This document shows, one piece after another, positions 26,401 through 39,445 of a DNA stretch of 64,000 nucleotides (position 1 is its first letter; each line of letters opens with the position of its first letter). The stretch comes from a virus (taxonomy: Duplodnaviria; Caudoviricetes). The translations under genes were made by a program, and so were the position numbers. The stretch covers positions 1-64,000 of IMG/VR virus record IMGVR_UViG_3300012983_000033; one strand, 5' to 3'. The notes under the pieces were generated by a model. That model was not told the DNA's origin. It saw only the letters and a program-made list of their open reading frames with translations, and ran no database searches.

Positions 26401-29400
26401 CATCCGCTTTTGCAATAGATTTTATTGTAGGAATCATTTTTCCAATTTCGGTATTAACTTCAAGAAGAGAATCATTAATTTCTTTAAGTCTTTGATATTC
26501 CTTTTCAACCTCTGATTTTCGTTCATCGCTTAAAGAATTAAATTTTTCTTCATTATATAAGAACTCACCATTTTCACCAATTTTAAAGAAGCCTTTTTCT
26601 TTACTATTGGCTAAGGCTGTTTCAAATTCTTTTTGAAGATATCCTTGTTTTAAAGTAAGTAGTCCTTTTTTCTCAAGTTGATATTGAGCAGCATCAATAT
26701 CACCATTTTCTCTGCGTTTTTCAAGATTTTCTAGTTTCTCTTCTATGTTTTCAAGACTTGGGTTTGTGTAGTTTTTTTCTTTATCTTTACTTGAAGAGCC
26801 TCCAGACCCTCCTGAGCTACCACCGCCTGCTGGATCTCCAGTAGGAGTATTTGATAACATATTTGACAAAAGATCAGCATATAACATATCTTCGTTATAT
26901 TCAACTTCAGTATTATTTTTTTGATCCTACTCCGCATGTCCCTAAATTATTTCAACCCACTCATTTAACTGTTGTTTAGTTGTATCATCAATTGTGTCGT
27001 TAGTCCCATCACCATCTTTGTCAACAGTTCCGCTTGTCATATACTAATAGACCATATCTGATGTAACCCATTCAGTCTGATCAACAAAGCTTTCATAATT
27101 TGCTGGATTTGAACCAGGAACTGCAGCAAGATCACTTGGTTTAATTTTTTTGCCCCAAAAAGCATCCCACATTAAACCATAATTACCGGTTACAGCTTTT
27201 ATTCCTTCGTTTATTTCAGATAATGAGGCCAATGTAGCCACAGCAGTTGCCTTTGCAGATTCAATACCTAGGTTTGTTGTCTTTTCTGTTGTTTGAGCTT
27301 CAGCTTGAGCCTATCTTTCTTTTGTTAAAGCCTCTTCAATATAGTTTTTAATAATTTCATCAGAAGCATCTCCAGCGGCAGCTTTAATTGCATCATAATT
27401 ATTTGGCTATTCCGCCATTACCTGAGCCATTGCATCAAAAGCCGCTGCAGCCTTAACAATATTTTCTTCATTTTTTTTACCAGTTTCGGCATGAGCCTGT
27501 TCCGCTTTTCCTAACTCGGTTTTCATATCACCGACAACTCTCTAATAAGTCTCTTTAGAAATTCGTGCCGTCCCATCACCTAATAATTGAACTCCCTCTA
27601 ACAACTCAGGAGCCAGCTCTTTTATTTGAGTAAAATCTTCGTAGTCTATAGAAAAATCAGATCCGATTAAAGAAACCGCATTTGCTAAATTCTGAGCCTC
27701 ATTAGCCGTTGCTTCAAAAACCGCTTTGTTTGCTGCTGCATCTGCTTCTTCTATGGCTATTTTTACAACTTTAATATTATCTACATAATCATCTAATTCC
27801 GTAGCGAACTCATCAAAATTTGAACTATCTACTTCTATTTCTATAGGATCTAATTCTTTTCCTTCTTCATCAAACTATTTAATTTCTACAGTAGCTTTTT
27901 CTATTTTTCCTTCTTCGTCAACAATAGGTGTTATTTTAATACCCTTTTTTTCAAGTTCTTGGAGTTCTTCTAAATTTTTAAATACTTGCTAATTATTACC
28001 AGTTTCTTGATATTCTATCGAAGTCATAAAACGACGATTACCGTTATTATCGGTTGTCACTGCCGTTTGCATATCATCATAAGCTAAAACATCAAAAGCA
28101 TCATTCAAACCATTGATTAAAAAATCAATATCGTCAAAATTTTTCTTTTTATCATTAGTAAAATCATATGTAGCTGTTGAATCAAAACCGGCATTATATA
28201 AGACATGAGATAGCGTATTTTCAGCCTCTAATCGGGTGTCTAGATTTGGATCTTTACTGTTTATTTCTTCCCTTAATGCTCCATACTGCGTTGAAGAATT
28301 ATCTATTGCTTCTTGTTTTGCTGCTGCGTTTTCGTTTTTTAATGTTGTAGGATCAACCTAGTATCCTTCTCCATAAAATACATCCACAACCTCAGTAACA
28401 ACTTCATTAGCTATACCCGAACCATATTCAACCCATCGTTCTGCTATACTAAGCTCGCCTTCATCATTACTAAACCAATTAACCGGATTCACACTATCCT
28501 TTACAAGTTCCCAACCTGCCTGGGTAGCCCCACCAGGACCAGCGTTAGAAATTTCTTTTCCAGCTGCTAAGGACATATTTGTTGCAGATGATGCATAACT
28601 ATCATAAACTGACTATACTTTTGCTATCTCATCAGCACTGTGTTTAATATAATCATTGTTTATATCTACAATTGATTTATTATAACTATCTATATGCTAT
28701 TGTGCGTTCCAGTTACCATCTAATGCCTTATCACCGGTATATTTTGTTATTGTATTTATTTCATCCTATGTTAACGCCCTCTATTCTTTATAGGCCGTTT
28801 CTACGATATTTATTGCCTCATTTCGTGCATTTCGTGAAGCAACATCTTTTTCATACTGACTTGTTTCACCATCTTTTGGTTTAAAATATTCAATACCAGA
28901 AAAGACAGCGTCATCTAAATAATCTTTATAGGTATCTCTTATAGTTTCTCCCTTAACTTTCTAAGTTTGAGCCAATTCAGTAAGAAAATCTAACTAACTT
29001 GATTTATCAGCATCTTTTACTAATTCCCATTTACTCTACTCAGCAAAGCCATAATCTGAAGCGATGTACTAAGACATGGCTATTTTATCATCGTCAGTAA
29101 TTTCCTCATCAGCTACAATTTTGTCTCCATAAGAAACCAAATTTTCCATTCGTTTAGTCTAACCAAACATTGCATCTAAAACATTAGCTTCTTCTACAGC
29201 CTTTTGAATCTAAAGTTTTGTTGATTCCTAATCTATTTTAACTTCTCCATTAACTATTAATCGAATTTCAGAATTATCCAAATTTTTTATATAATTCTAA
29301 AGCTCTGTATCATCCACATTTAATTTCATTAGTTCTGAATGAGCTTGTCCATACATAAATGTGGATGGCTATTGTTTAACTAATGCATCTTTTACAATAG

Positions 29401-32400
29401 AAATTTTATCTTCTTCTGTAAGCTATCCATATTTTTCTTCGTCAGACAATTCTTTTAATATATTATCAATTGCTGTATCAAAATCTTGATAGCTTATAAC
29501 TTTATTGGCTGGCTTTATTGCTTCTTTTTCTGCAGTTTCTCTAGCTACTTCTTTTTGTGTTTCTTTTTGAGCATCGTGAGTTTCTTCAGCTGCTTCATAA
29601 TAAGAACCAACTTTACCCCAATATTCCATTAACGCACTGTATCCAGTACTGTCTCCACCAGTTTCTTCCTAATATTTAGACATTACTTGAGAGATAATTT
29701 TCATCCATATTCTCTAATCTTCAGGAGAATTTTTTAAGCCAGAAATTTCCATATTGCCCCAAGTGTTTTGCTTCATGGAAAGTCCAGTAACACCTTCCGC
29801 TGCAGCAATTTCTTCTATTAAAGAAGATAGAGCAGAATAATCATCTCCAGCACCTAAATTAATTTTAAAACCTGAACCACCATTAGTCCACCCAGTTCCT
29901 TCATACGCCGCGGCCTCTCCTTCGGTAAGAGCGTTTGCTACAGCACCCTATAATCCAGCACTCTATTTTATCTAGTTGGTTTCAAGCATCTCCATACGAG
30001 CCTTTCTAGCTGCTTCAGCAACTTCATCATAACTCGATGTTAAAGCATTAACTCCATATTTTTCAAGCTCTAAAGATTCAATTAATTCTTCTTTTGAAGT
30101 TTTTAAATCTTCTGTTTCTTCTCCATTTTCTTTATAAACTTTATAAAGCTCTTCATATGCTTTTACCTACTCATTAACTGCATTAACTTCGTCATTATAT
30201 TCTTTTGCTGTATTTACTGCTTCTTCATTAAATTCTTTCTGTTTTTCTGCCGCCTATCCAATTAAGCTAGCAATAGTTGTAATTACACCAATAATTATAG
30301 CAGCAGCGGCTAAATATACATTACTTGCCGCAGTAAGATTAAAAGCTTTTTGAACAGTGGTTACCATTGATAGCATAGAACCAGTAGTAGAAAGACCAGA
30401 TGATAAAGTTTTAACCATATCGGCTGCTTCTTTACTCATTGCGCCAGATTCTTCAAGAGAGGAAGCTAATAAATTTCCAGCCATACCAGCCGCTGCAAGT
30501 CCCATACCTATTTCATCAACACTTGCTTTTATTTTTTCAGCATTTTTTGCTGTTGTTTCGTCTATATTTAAAGACGCTTTTGGTTTTCCTTTTATTTTTA
30601 CACCCGGCTTTGTTGTTTCACTTGTAGGAGTTTGTACATTTAAGTTATTTTTTGCCTAATCTAATTTTTTCTTTTTCGAAGCTTCATCCTCTTCTTTTGT
30701 TCCAAAATATTTAGTAGCATCATCACTACTTAAATCAGCGGCAAGTTTATTTTCTAATTCTTCAACCGCTCCTTCAACATCTCCACTCTACATTCTTTGA
30801 ATGAAAGCATCAATCAATCCATCTGCCCAAGCCTATCCCTCTTCAGATAAATTATTAGTATTTAAAGCAGCCGCCAAAGACCCTTCCATAGTTTTTGCAA
30901 TTCTTGGCATTTCTTTTGAAAACTATTCTGGACTTAAACCAGTCTTCATATTTTGAACCCAAGAACTCGCATCAACATCAATATCAGCCTCATTAGCCCT
31001 CTAAAAAGTTTCCTTATTGATTTTTTTATAATCTTTTCTTGATGTCAGTTTTTTACCAAAATCTTTTGCGCTAATACCAGCCTTCTAAAAAGCATTTTTA
31101 CCAGTAAATTTCATTCCATCAGTCAGACCTTTATTAAAGGCCTCGGCGCCCTTTCTTCCTTCTCCCATAAATCGAGAAGCAACACCTGAAAACATATTAT
31201 CAAAAATGTTTTTACCAAGCTTTAATCCACCCATAATTACAAAGGCACGACTTATAAGAGTAGAAAAACCACCAATACCATCAGTAGCCTTATTTATTGT
31301 ATCTAATAATTTAGTAAGAGCATCTACAACTGCCTTAATTGCTTCATTATTAGCAAGACCAAGAGTAAATTCCTACCAAGTATCTTTTAATCTATTTAAT
31401 TTAGCTTCAAGTGAATCCTATGTTTTTGCAAACTGTGCAGCAGATGCACCAGAACTATCATAAGCAGCGTCAACTAACTCCATAGTTCTATCATAGTTAG
31501 ACATCATAGCGATAAATCTTGACTGTTGACGAGAACCTGCTGCAGTAGTAGCAATATATCTTTGTGTCATTAAATCAAGATGATCCCAGTTCTACGCTAA
31601 TTCAAGAAATACATCATCAAGATCACGGAATTCACCACTCGTATCTCTTAACTAAACACCCGCACTCTTTAATGCTGCCTCAACCTTATTAACAGAAACT
31701 TCTTCACCATCAACATTAATAATATCAGAAGTCGCTTTTTTCATTTCTGTAAAACGAGCAATAATTGTTTTCATTGCTGTACCAGCAGTTTCAGCAGGCT
31801 CGCGAGTTGTTTCAATAATCTATGATAAGAATGCCGCAGTAGTTTCAAATTCCATATTTGCATTAGCTGCAATAGATGCTGTTTTTGTCATCGCAGTAGC
31901 AATTTCATTTGTATCTGCTGCGGTAATCGCTGCAAGTTCTGAATATACATCGTTAATACGAGTAGCATTGGCTGCATCAACTTCCATATTAAAACCACGA
32001 AGTGCTGCAGTCATTAAGTCAGTAGCATCTGCATATTCAAGACCAGCAATACGCGCCATCTTCATTGTTTCGGTACCAACTTCCATTACTTGATCGTTAT
32101 CAAGACCTTGTTGATAGAATAATGTCATTGTTTCATAGGCACCAAGTGTTGTTGCACCAAGTTCTTTGGCCATATTTGTATATTCAGGAAGTTTATCCCA
32201 CATATCGCCAATACTAAAATCGGTAACAACGGCAGTTTCTGTCATTGCTGCGTCAAGTTCTTTAACAGATTCAAAAGCAGATTGGATTGCTCTTCTAAAT
32301 AATAGAACACTATTAGTTAAACTAAAGAAATCCTAAACGCGATGTTTAATTTGCTCCATTTGTCCATTAAATGAATACATATCTTGAGCACTATTGCTAA

Positions 32401-33277
32401 TAGCATCGCCAAACTATTCAGCATGATTCTTAGCTCCACTTAAAGCGTTTCCGACATCATCGAAGCTCTGTTCCATTTTATTAACTTGAATATTTTCTAA
32501 TCGTCCAATGCGTTCACTAAGTTCGTTTATTTCTGTATTTATTTTTCCAATATCGGTATCTCCCATCTAATCAAAGCCTTTTCTTGCTTCAATCGCCGCA
32601 ACGGCAACTTTCTTCATGTTTTCAGGCATACCTTTTAATTTTTTTTCAATATCCTTTAAATTACCGTTATTCCAAGCATCCTAAAAACTTTTAGCTGCAG
32701 TTTTTGCTTCTTTTTCTCCCCTAGCAAAATTAGCTAATCCCGCAACAATACCATTTAAATCTTCACGAGCGCTATCTAAATTTAAATGTGTAAAAGATTC
32801 TTGAAGACTCTTTGCTGCGCCACTTTTAGATAAAGAAGTAATTTGTTCAATCTACTCCTTTAATTTCCTAAAAGAGTCAGTTTCAACTTTTCCGCTTAGT
32901 TGTTGTTTTAAGTCCTATAACTCCTTTTTTGCCTGTTTGATTTCGTCAGTATTGAAATCAACATTCATCATCAAACTTTCATCTTTAAACGATGAATAAA
33001 GATTCTATAATGTGTTGTAAAGATTATTAATATTTTTCTTTGATTTTTCAAATCCAGTCACATCACTTTTTGTTTTAAAACCAGATTGCATCAAAGTTTG
33101 AACTTTTGTTATTTCTGCTTCTAATCCTTTAAAAGTCTTTTCAAACTGTTCCTCTAGTCCTGTAGGCATCTTAAAATTCTTCAAAGTATTTTGTATTGCT
33201 TTTGCATTACTTTGAACATCAGATATATCCATACCAACTTGGACCGTAGCTTTTATAATTGTTTCTTTACTACTCAT
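23426..33277 (-). CDS. Tail tape measure protein, ~3283 aa (many TAG)
   Basis: Ten fragments in one frame and nine internal junction stops all TAG; TP901-type core (ATDLMTAALRGF, TAAFLS(Q)IIETTRE); hydrophobic segment near 30300. Confidence 0.9.
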
Positions 33278-33344
33278 ATATCCTTTTTCGCCTCCTAAAT
33301 AAAAAATCGACATTAATTACTTAAAATTAATGTCGATTCAAAAC

Positions 33345-34130
33345 TTAAAAATCACTATCTATATCATCTTCGAGGAAAAGAATTTCCATAACCTTAGAAT
33401 CTCCTCTCGACCCAACTGGACATCCAATCGCCTTAAATGTACCCATCTGCGGCGGTGCGTTCTCACCCAGTCTCATAGACAAATCGGACATTAATTTTAA
33501 TTGTGGAATTTTAATAATTCCAGTTCTTGTGTGTCCAGTTACATCGTCTTTTACTCTCGTTCTTGCTTCGAGCGAGAGGTATCCTTTTACTAATTCTTGA
33601 CCTATAATTAATTCTGATACAGTTGATGTATAAATAAAATTATAATCACAAATTAGTTCCTCGTAAGCACTATTATTTACAGTTATCTCCTTATCTTTTA
33701 TTACAATACGATTTGAGGGAATTCGTTCACCTTTTGTATTATATATAAAAGGAGAAGAATACGGTAAATTCTTTAGCTCAAATTTTCCATTTTCATCTGT
33801 CTCAACTTTTTCGCGCGCAGTCAGTTCAATCGTTTTCCCCGATTTTATGAGGTTGGCGCCAGTCAAAACAGCGAACTGTTCTTTTGAGAAGATACCTTGT
33901 GAGAAGATGAAATCAATTTCTTTTGTTGTTTTCCATATAACATGCGGGCGGTTATCAAATCCACCATTTGCAGAAGCTATTTTTTGGATTTCTTGAAAGT
34001 TCGCAAGTTGAATTTTATCAAAAGCCGCGATGATTTCTCCTTCTTCAAAGTCTTTTCCATTTATTCTCATAGGATAAGTAGTTTTTAAGAAGACAGAGTA
34101 TAGTTCTTTCATGCCGAATTCATTACTCAT
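33345..34130 (-). CDS. Tail tube-like paralog or minor tail protein
   Basis: EFGMKELYSV and ANGGFDN resemble RYGIKEVADV and ARGGKGN of the adjacent tail protein. Confidence 0.55.
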   Translation of the reverse strand: MSNEFGMKELYSVFLKTTYPMRINGKDFEEGEIIAAFDKIQLANFQEIQKIASANGGFDNRPHVIWKTTKEIDFIFSQGIFSKEQFAVLTGANLIKSGKTIELTAREKVETDENGKFELKNLPYSSPFIYNTKGERIPSNRIVIKDKEITVNNSAYEELICDYNFIYTSTVSELIIGQELVKGYLSLEARTRVKDDVTGHTRTGIIKIPQLKLMSDLSMRLGENAPPQMGTFKAIGCPVGSRGDSKVMEILFLEDDIDSDF

Positions 34131-34195
34131 TTCCTTTTACCTCCAAAATAAAGAAAAGGTGGATAGACCAGCCATCCACCTTTTTTATTTAATTA

Positions 34196-35089
34196 TTAGT
34201 CATCTAAAATAACTGCACCTGAAACAGGATCATTACCTGTAAGGTCATACTGAACAAGTTTCATCATATCGCCACTTTCTGGACGAAGAACAGTGAGATT
34301 CATGTTAAATACTGAAGGATCTCCTTCTGCTTCAAGTGTGATTGTATTTTCTGATGTAACTTTTGCTTTTGGAATAATAAACTGGAAGAATTGGTCGTCA
34401 CCAGTAACATCTGAACGAGCATATGTATCACCAGTTACATAGTATGTACCAGGGAATGAATCTGCAGAAACAACAATTTCTCTTGTGATAGCTGTAGCAA
34501 GATAAGTAATAAATACTTTTTCACCTGCTTCGCCCTTGAAACTTGCAACATTATTACTTGTAACTGTAGTTTCTGTTGTGCCATCTTCAGAAGTAATTTT
34601 TGTTATTAAAAGTTTAGAATTTGCTAATGAAACTGAATCGTTTGGAAGTGTTTCATTTGTGTTTGTCAAATGAACTTTTTTTCTTTCTGAACCAGTAACC
34701 TTACCGGTCGCATCTTTTACAGCAACGTCTGCCATAATATATTTAGGAAGAGCGCCATTTGCATCAAGTCTAGCCATAACTGTTCTTTGAATCTGATCAG
34801 CAGCATTTTTATTAACTGTACCATCACCAAACATAATAGCAAGAGATTTTGCACTGAAGAGAGCGTCTTCAAGAGTTACTGTAATATCCTTACCATAGTC
34901 CCAAGTGATAAGTTTTGGATTACCTTTACCACCGCGAGCATCAGATTGTTCAGCTGTCTGTTCAATTGTTGAAACTTTAAGAGTATCAAGATAAAGAACT
35001 GGCTTGCCTGCTTCACCCTGCTCAGTGATTTCATAGAAAGTTACGTCAGCAACTTCCTTAATACCATATCTGTCAAGAATACTTGCCAT
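34196..35089 (-). CDS. Major tail tube protein
   Basis: Position, size, no TAG; followed by hairpin AAAAGGTGGAT...ATCCACCTTTT (34155-34184). Confidence 0.72.
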   Translation of the reverse strand: MASILDRYGIKEVADVTFYEITEQGEAGKPVLYLDTLKVSTIEQTAEQSDARGGKGNPKLITWDYGKDITVTLEDALFSAKSLAIMFGDGTVNKNAADQIQRTVMARLDANGALPKYIMADVAVKDATGKVTGSERKKVHLTNTNETLPNDSVSLANSKLLITKITSEDGTTETTVTSNNVASFKGEAGEKVFITYLATAITREIVVSADSFPGTYYVTGDTYARSDVTGDDQFFQFIIPKAKVTSENTITLEAEGDPSVFNMNLTVLRPESGDMMKLVQYDLTGNDPVSGAVILDD

Positions 35090-35112
35090 ATTAAATATCC
35101 TCCTTTAATAAG

Positions 35113-35862
35113 TTATTTTTCTTGTAATTTATTCATCCAATATTGGGGCTTCACTTTTTTAGCATCAGCACCCGCTATTAAACTACGAATATCAATATCA
35201 TATCGTTCCTTTTGTTGGAACTTAGACATTATTTTTGTCATGGACGCATAACTCATTTCTCTAATATTAAGAGGATTTATACCTATGCCCATACAACAAA
35301 TTGAGGTCAAACTATCTTCAAGAGTAATTCCACCACCTTGCTTGGCTTTCACTCTATCACGATAGCGCGCTTTTGCTTTCATTTTTCTCACTCGAATATT
35401 CTTCTCAATTTTATCTTCTTTTTTCTATTCATCTCCCAAGCAACTTCGGATTATATTTTGAAAAGCAAAATAATTATTTTCATCAATAATTGGTAATTCA
35501 GAAATTTCTGTCAAACTTAACAAAGTTTCCACATCACCAATAATAATCATTTTCTCTTCAACATCCACACTCGCTTTCTTATGAGTAAAATATTCAATTG
35601 CCTACTCAACAAGTTTTTTATATCCCTTGTCTTTCTTACAGCAATCAATCAAATTCTCATAAGGAGTTGGAATTGTGACGTTCGGGTCGATCTCTTGGTC
35701 ATTAAAAATAGCATCCTCAAGATCTTCTTGAGTCATTGTAAGAATCATACGATACTTCTAAAAATCTTTTAAACCAAGCACATCACCAACCGATGGAGGA
35801 TATACTTCACATAATCCTTCAAAGTCTACTGGAAGACCAAGAAAAACTTTTGCATCAATCAT
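35113..35862 (-). CDS. Tail assembly or neck-region protein, 249 aa (TAG read-through)
   Basis: ATG 35862 overlaps the upstream gene end and is in frame with track ORF 35113-35391. Confidence 0.62.
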
Positions 35863-36346
35863 AAGTTATTAAATGAAACTCCTGTTCATAGGCAGAAATT
35901 TCTTCAGTAAGAAAGTTTAAAGCAAAATCGCCGCCAGTCATCTTACCGAGCCCATTGATTGTTTTTCCATTTAGAGATTTTTGAACTTCACCCATAATTG
36001 CAAAAGGTCGTAGATTATCATCCTTGATGATCCACTATGTAAGCGGAACAAAGCTTTCAATATTAATATTAATATTTTTAAACTCTGTATTACTACTATC
36101 GGTTGAACCTCTACCTACCTTTATAACAAGAACTGAATGAGCGGTTTCTTTCGGTCCGACGCGTGGAACGATTTTTATAAGTTTTTCATAAATCTCTTTT
36201 TTAATTTGTTCTTGAGTCAAATCGGGTTGAGAATACGGATCTTTATCCGTGTAATAAAGCAATTTTAAAAGGTTTTGATTAGTAAAAAGTCTTGTCATAA
36301 TCTTTTGAAGATTTATTCCAATCTCTTCGCAATTGCGTACACCCAT
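35855..36346 (-). CDS. Putative tail terminator or neck protein (TAG at 36035)
   Basis: FVPLT(Q)WIIKDDNLRPF continues to TGA at 35855. Confidence 0.6.
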
Positions 36347-37071
36347 TATTCAGCACCTCCATTAATCCAGAAGAAATCTTCTGCATCTGATTCAGTAGTT
36401 TGAACTGGATCTGGAGACTCATCTCTTAGATAAACAGGGTCAACAGTAACATACTCAACACCCGGAGTAGACTAAATATCATAGCCAGTGACTCTATATG
36501 CTTCTTTCAGCTTTCCTTCACCAACCGTTAGATAATCGTCTTTTCGAATATTTTCATTAGTGGGCATTACAAAAAAACTCATTTTTAAAGCCTCAGTATA
36601 TAATGCATCACTACGACTGCGCGAGCGCAATTCATCTTTAAGCATATTGTCCTCTTGACCATACATATAAGCAAAAGAGCTTTGTGTATTGCCGTCTCTG
36701 TCTTTCCATTTGATATAATGAGTCATTTTTAACATTATATATTTATTATAACCGCTCGCTTGTATCTCCTCTAACCAATAAACCATCCAAGGCACTTTAT
36801 CACCTTTACTATTCGGAATTAAAAGAGTAGTTCCGCTTGGTAAATCAGTTGCGCGTCTTGTTAAAAGATAGGCGAGCGTTTCAGTTTCGTCTTGTTTATA
36901 ACGCTCGAAGCTTGCGGGAATTGTTTCATAACCGTATTCAATATCAACGCGACTAGTTGTTTTGAGTAAATAATGCTCAAACTCAGCTTCGCGCTAATTC
37001 TGAACTCTACTATTATAATCCATACCATAGCGATTTAATCGCTTTAAGTAAATGTCCTGATAATATCCCAT
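36346..37071 (-). CDS. Putative head closure protein, 241 aa (TAG read-through)
   Basis: ATG 37071 with GAGG RBS, in frame with 36472-36795; TAA overlaps the next ATG. Confidence 0.6.
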
Positions 37072-37082
37072 GGCCGCACACC

Positions 37083-37340
37083 TCACTTTAAAAGGTTCAT
37101 ACAATCAAAAATTGTTGTGCGGAAGTATTCGTATTTTAAATAACGAAGACTTGATAATTTATAATATAGAATATAATAGTTAATTGTTTTTTCTTCATCA
37201 GAATATCCTAAAAGTTCAATTAGAATGGAATCAAGAAACTTCTCCCATTCACGCCCCTTTTCAAACTCACAAAGAAGTCCAAACATTTTGCTTTTTAACT
37301 TATTGTTATATGCTTCTTGCATTGCAGGTACTTTTTCCAT
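37083..37340 (-). CDS. Hypothetical neck-module protein
   Basis: Start overlaps the upstream stop; located in the head-tail block. Confidence 0.6.
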   Translation of the reverse strand: MEKVPAMQEAYNNKLKSKMFGLLCEFEKGREWEKFLDSILIELLGYSDEEKTINYYILYYKLSSLRYLKYEYFRTTIFDCMNLLK

Positions 37341-37768
37341 TACTAATCACCTGCCAGTTTTCCATAATTAAAGGGCTTATTATCAATAGAACGATAATAA
37401 ATAGATTCAATTCGCTTTGCCTCTCTTTTCTCGAATTCAAGCGAATCATAAAGCTTATCGAGCATATTAGCCATTGAGAAATCTCTTTCCTCATAAAGAG
37501 GTTTAATATTTTCCCAAGTTAAAATTGAGCGATTAAGCCATTCGCATTTCATATATCGTGCAAGAATTTGAATTTCAGTATTATTCAACTCTCCTACAAA
37601 GTTATCACCATCAATTGTTAAATCAACTCTTGGAAAACGGAACTGCGGCATCGCTGTAGCAAGAATTGCGCGCAAATCCTATTCAACTTCATAGTCAGTC
37701 CATAATTGCCATTCATCTTCAAGCATTGTCGCAAGAAATGCGTCAAATACTTTCTGAAGCGGAGTCAT
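37340..37768 (-). CDS. Putative head-tail adaptor (TAG at 37679; ends TAG-TAA)
   Basis: GGAGG RBS and ATG 37768 in frame with track ORF 37343-37675. Confidence 0.62.
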
Positions 37769-37786
37769 TAAAATTCCTCCTTATCA

Positions 37787-38248
37787 TTATTCTTCTTTTG
37801 CTGCTTTATTGAGTTTAATTGCCTCAATAATATCAATATTAGTAACTTCTTTTAAGAAGGTAGCTTTATCAAAATTACCAATCTCGTTATCAATTGCAAA
37901 ATACACAAGATCAAGAATTTGTTGTTCATTCAATTTCTTACAAGTTTCCTTTAAATCATGAAGGGGCGCAATTGTAAGAAGGCGTTTCTTTTGATTGTCA
38001 TCAAGAATAAAGACTTCTTCTTCAAAGCCAAGTTCAATTCTTGCTTCTTTATCTTCAATAGTAAGAATCCCCAACTTAAACATTTCCTCAGCGCCATCGT
38101 TATATATACTCTGTGCCAAAACATCAAAAGGAATTGGTTTTATCGCACCCTTTTTTTCAAAAGTTCTTGTGAAGCCAAGATCGGGAAGATGAAAAACAAC
38201 AGTAGCGTTTGAATTGCTTTTGACCATAACTTTTTTATTCATATCCAT
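37787..38248 (-). CDS. Hypothetical virion-module protein
   Basis: AGGAG RBS; directly after the major capsid gene. Confidence 0.7.
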   Translation of the reverse strand: MDMNKKVMVKSNSNATVVFHLPDLGFTRTFEKKGAIKPIPFDVLAQSIYNDGAEEMFKLGILTIEDKEARIELGFEEEVFILDDNQKKRLLTIAPLHDLKETCKKLNEQQILDLVYFAIDNEIGNFDKATFLKEVTNIDIIEAIKLNKAAKEE

Positions 38249-38284
38249 AATGATACTCTCCTTTTATCTCGTAGATTTTAGTAA

Positions 38285-38310
38285 GAGGGGAGGAAGTCCT
38301 TCCTCCCCTC
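38285..38310 (-). terminator. Hairpin after major capsid gene
   Basis: GAGGGGAGGAAG / CTTCCTCCCCTC inverted repeat. Confidence 0.7.
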
Positions 38311-38325
38311 GTTTTATATCAAATA

Positions 38326-39426
38326 TTATTCTTCAATACCGAGTTCTTCGTTAGCGAAAACGCCTTGGAAGTGACCCTGAGTATTTGTGATTTTGCGGTT
38401 TCTATAGATACCCCAGTTATGAGTTGAGAGGATAGCTGCACCAAGTTTTTTGTAAACATGCATTTCCATAGAACCATCTGTATTTGTCCAGTCACGAACT
38501 TGTGTTTTACCTTCAAATACGATTTTAACAACTTTCTCACCATTTGTTGGAAGAACGAAAGCGTACTGAGGATTAAGCCAAGTTTTTTCGTGTGTATCGT
38601 CTGTATAAGACTGACGAAGCTGAACAATTGGTGTACCGCGGAACATTGTGATGAAACCTGTGTTGCGGATATCATCAATGTCCTGTGGATGGTAGATACC
38701 TGCATAAGCAGCTGTACCAGGAACAACAGCAACTGAAGTTTCCATTTCAGCAACGAATTCAGGTGTAGCGAAGATTACTGCGCCATTACCATATGATTTA
38801 ACGATTGTGATAAGACTCTGCATTGATTTAGCTTCGAATTCTGTAGCATCAATGAAAGTTTTTGAACGATTTACTGTACCTGTACCAGCAGCGATACCAC
38901 TGTTGAAAGATGAAATAAGTGCTTTCTGAACTTCGTAGTAAACAGCGTCAAGCATTGCTTCATTTACAATGTCCATATATTCAGCGATTGTTTCAGCACC
39001 ATCGAGCATTCTTTCGAAGTCGATGCGAACTGCACCACCGATTGCGTGTGCACTTACTGTGAATTCTTCAGCATCAAGACGGAATGTTTCGTAGAGACCT
39101 GAAAGACCAACTTGTGTAACAAATTTCTTTGCACGGTTTCTACCAAGTTTTCTCTTAAATACTGCTTTCTGACCCTGACCTACTGTCTGGATTTCAGCAA
39201 ACATGCCAAGTTCAGCAATTGTTTTAGCAGGAACAACTTCGTCGATTGTTGTAATCATAAGATCATAAAGATCATAACGGTTTTTCATAAATGTGATGTA
39301 GTCTGAGCAAACCTTACCAAGTTCTTCTCTGAAAGCATCGTTTACATTTTCAGAAGAGAAATTTGTAGGAGCTGTACCCTTTGCTGAATGAAGAGCAAGA
39401 GCTTTTAAATTTTTAAAATCAGCCAT
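38326..39426 (-). CDS. Major capsid protein
   Basis: 366 aa; follows protease and decoration genes; strong codon bias; no TAG; GFITMFRGTPIV HK97-like segment. Confidence 0.82.
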   Translation of the reverse strand: MADFKNLKALALHSAKGTAPTNFSSENVNDAFREELGKVCSDYITFMKNRYDLYDLMITTIDEVVPAKTIAELGMFAEIQTVGQGQKAVFKRKLGRNRAKKFVTQVGLSGLYETFRLDAEEFTVSAHAIGGAVRIDFERMLDGAETIAEYMDIVNEAMLDAVYYEVQKALISSFNSGIAAGTGTVNRSKTFIDATEFEAKSMQSLITIVKSYGNGAVIFATPEFVAEMETSVAVVPGTAAYAGIYHPQDIDDIRNTGFITMFRGTPIVQLRQSYTDDTHEKTWLNPQYAFVLPTNGEKVVKIVFEGKTQVRDWTNTDGSMEMHVYKKLGAAILSTHNWGIYRNRKITNTQGHFQGVFANEELGIEE

Positions 39427-39445
39427 TTCTATTTACCTCCTCTGA

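Noticed and set aside
33345-35862. Programmed frameshift tail chaperone pair
   Set aside because: No slippery site with an extended alternative frame could be identified
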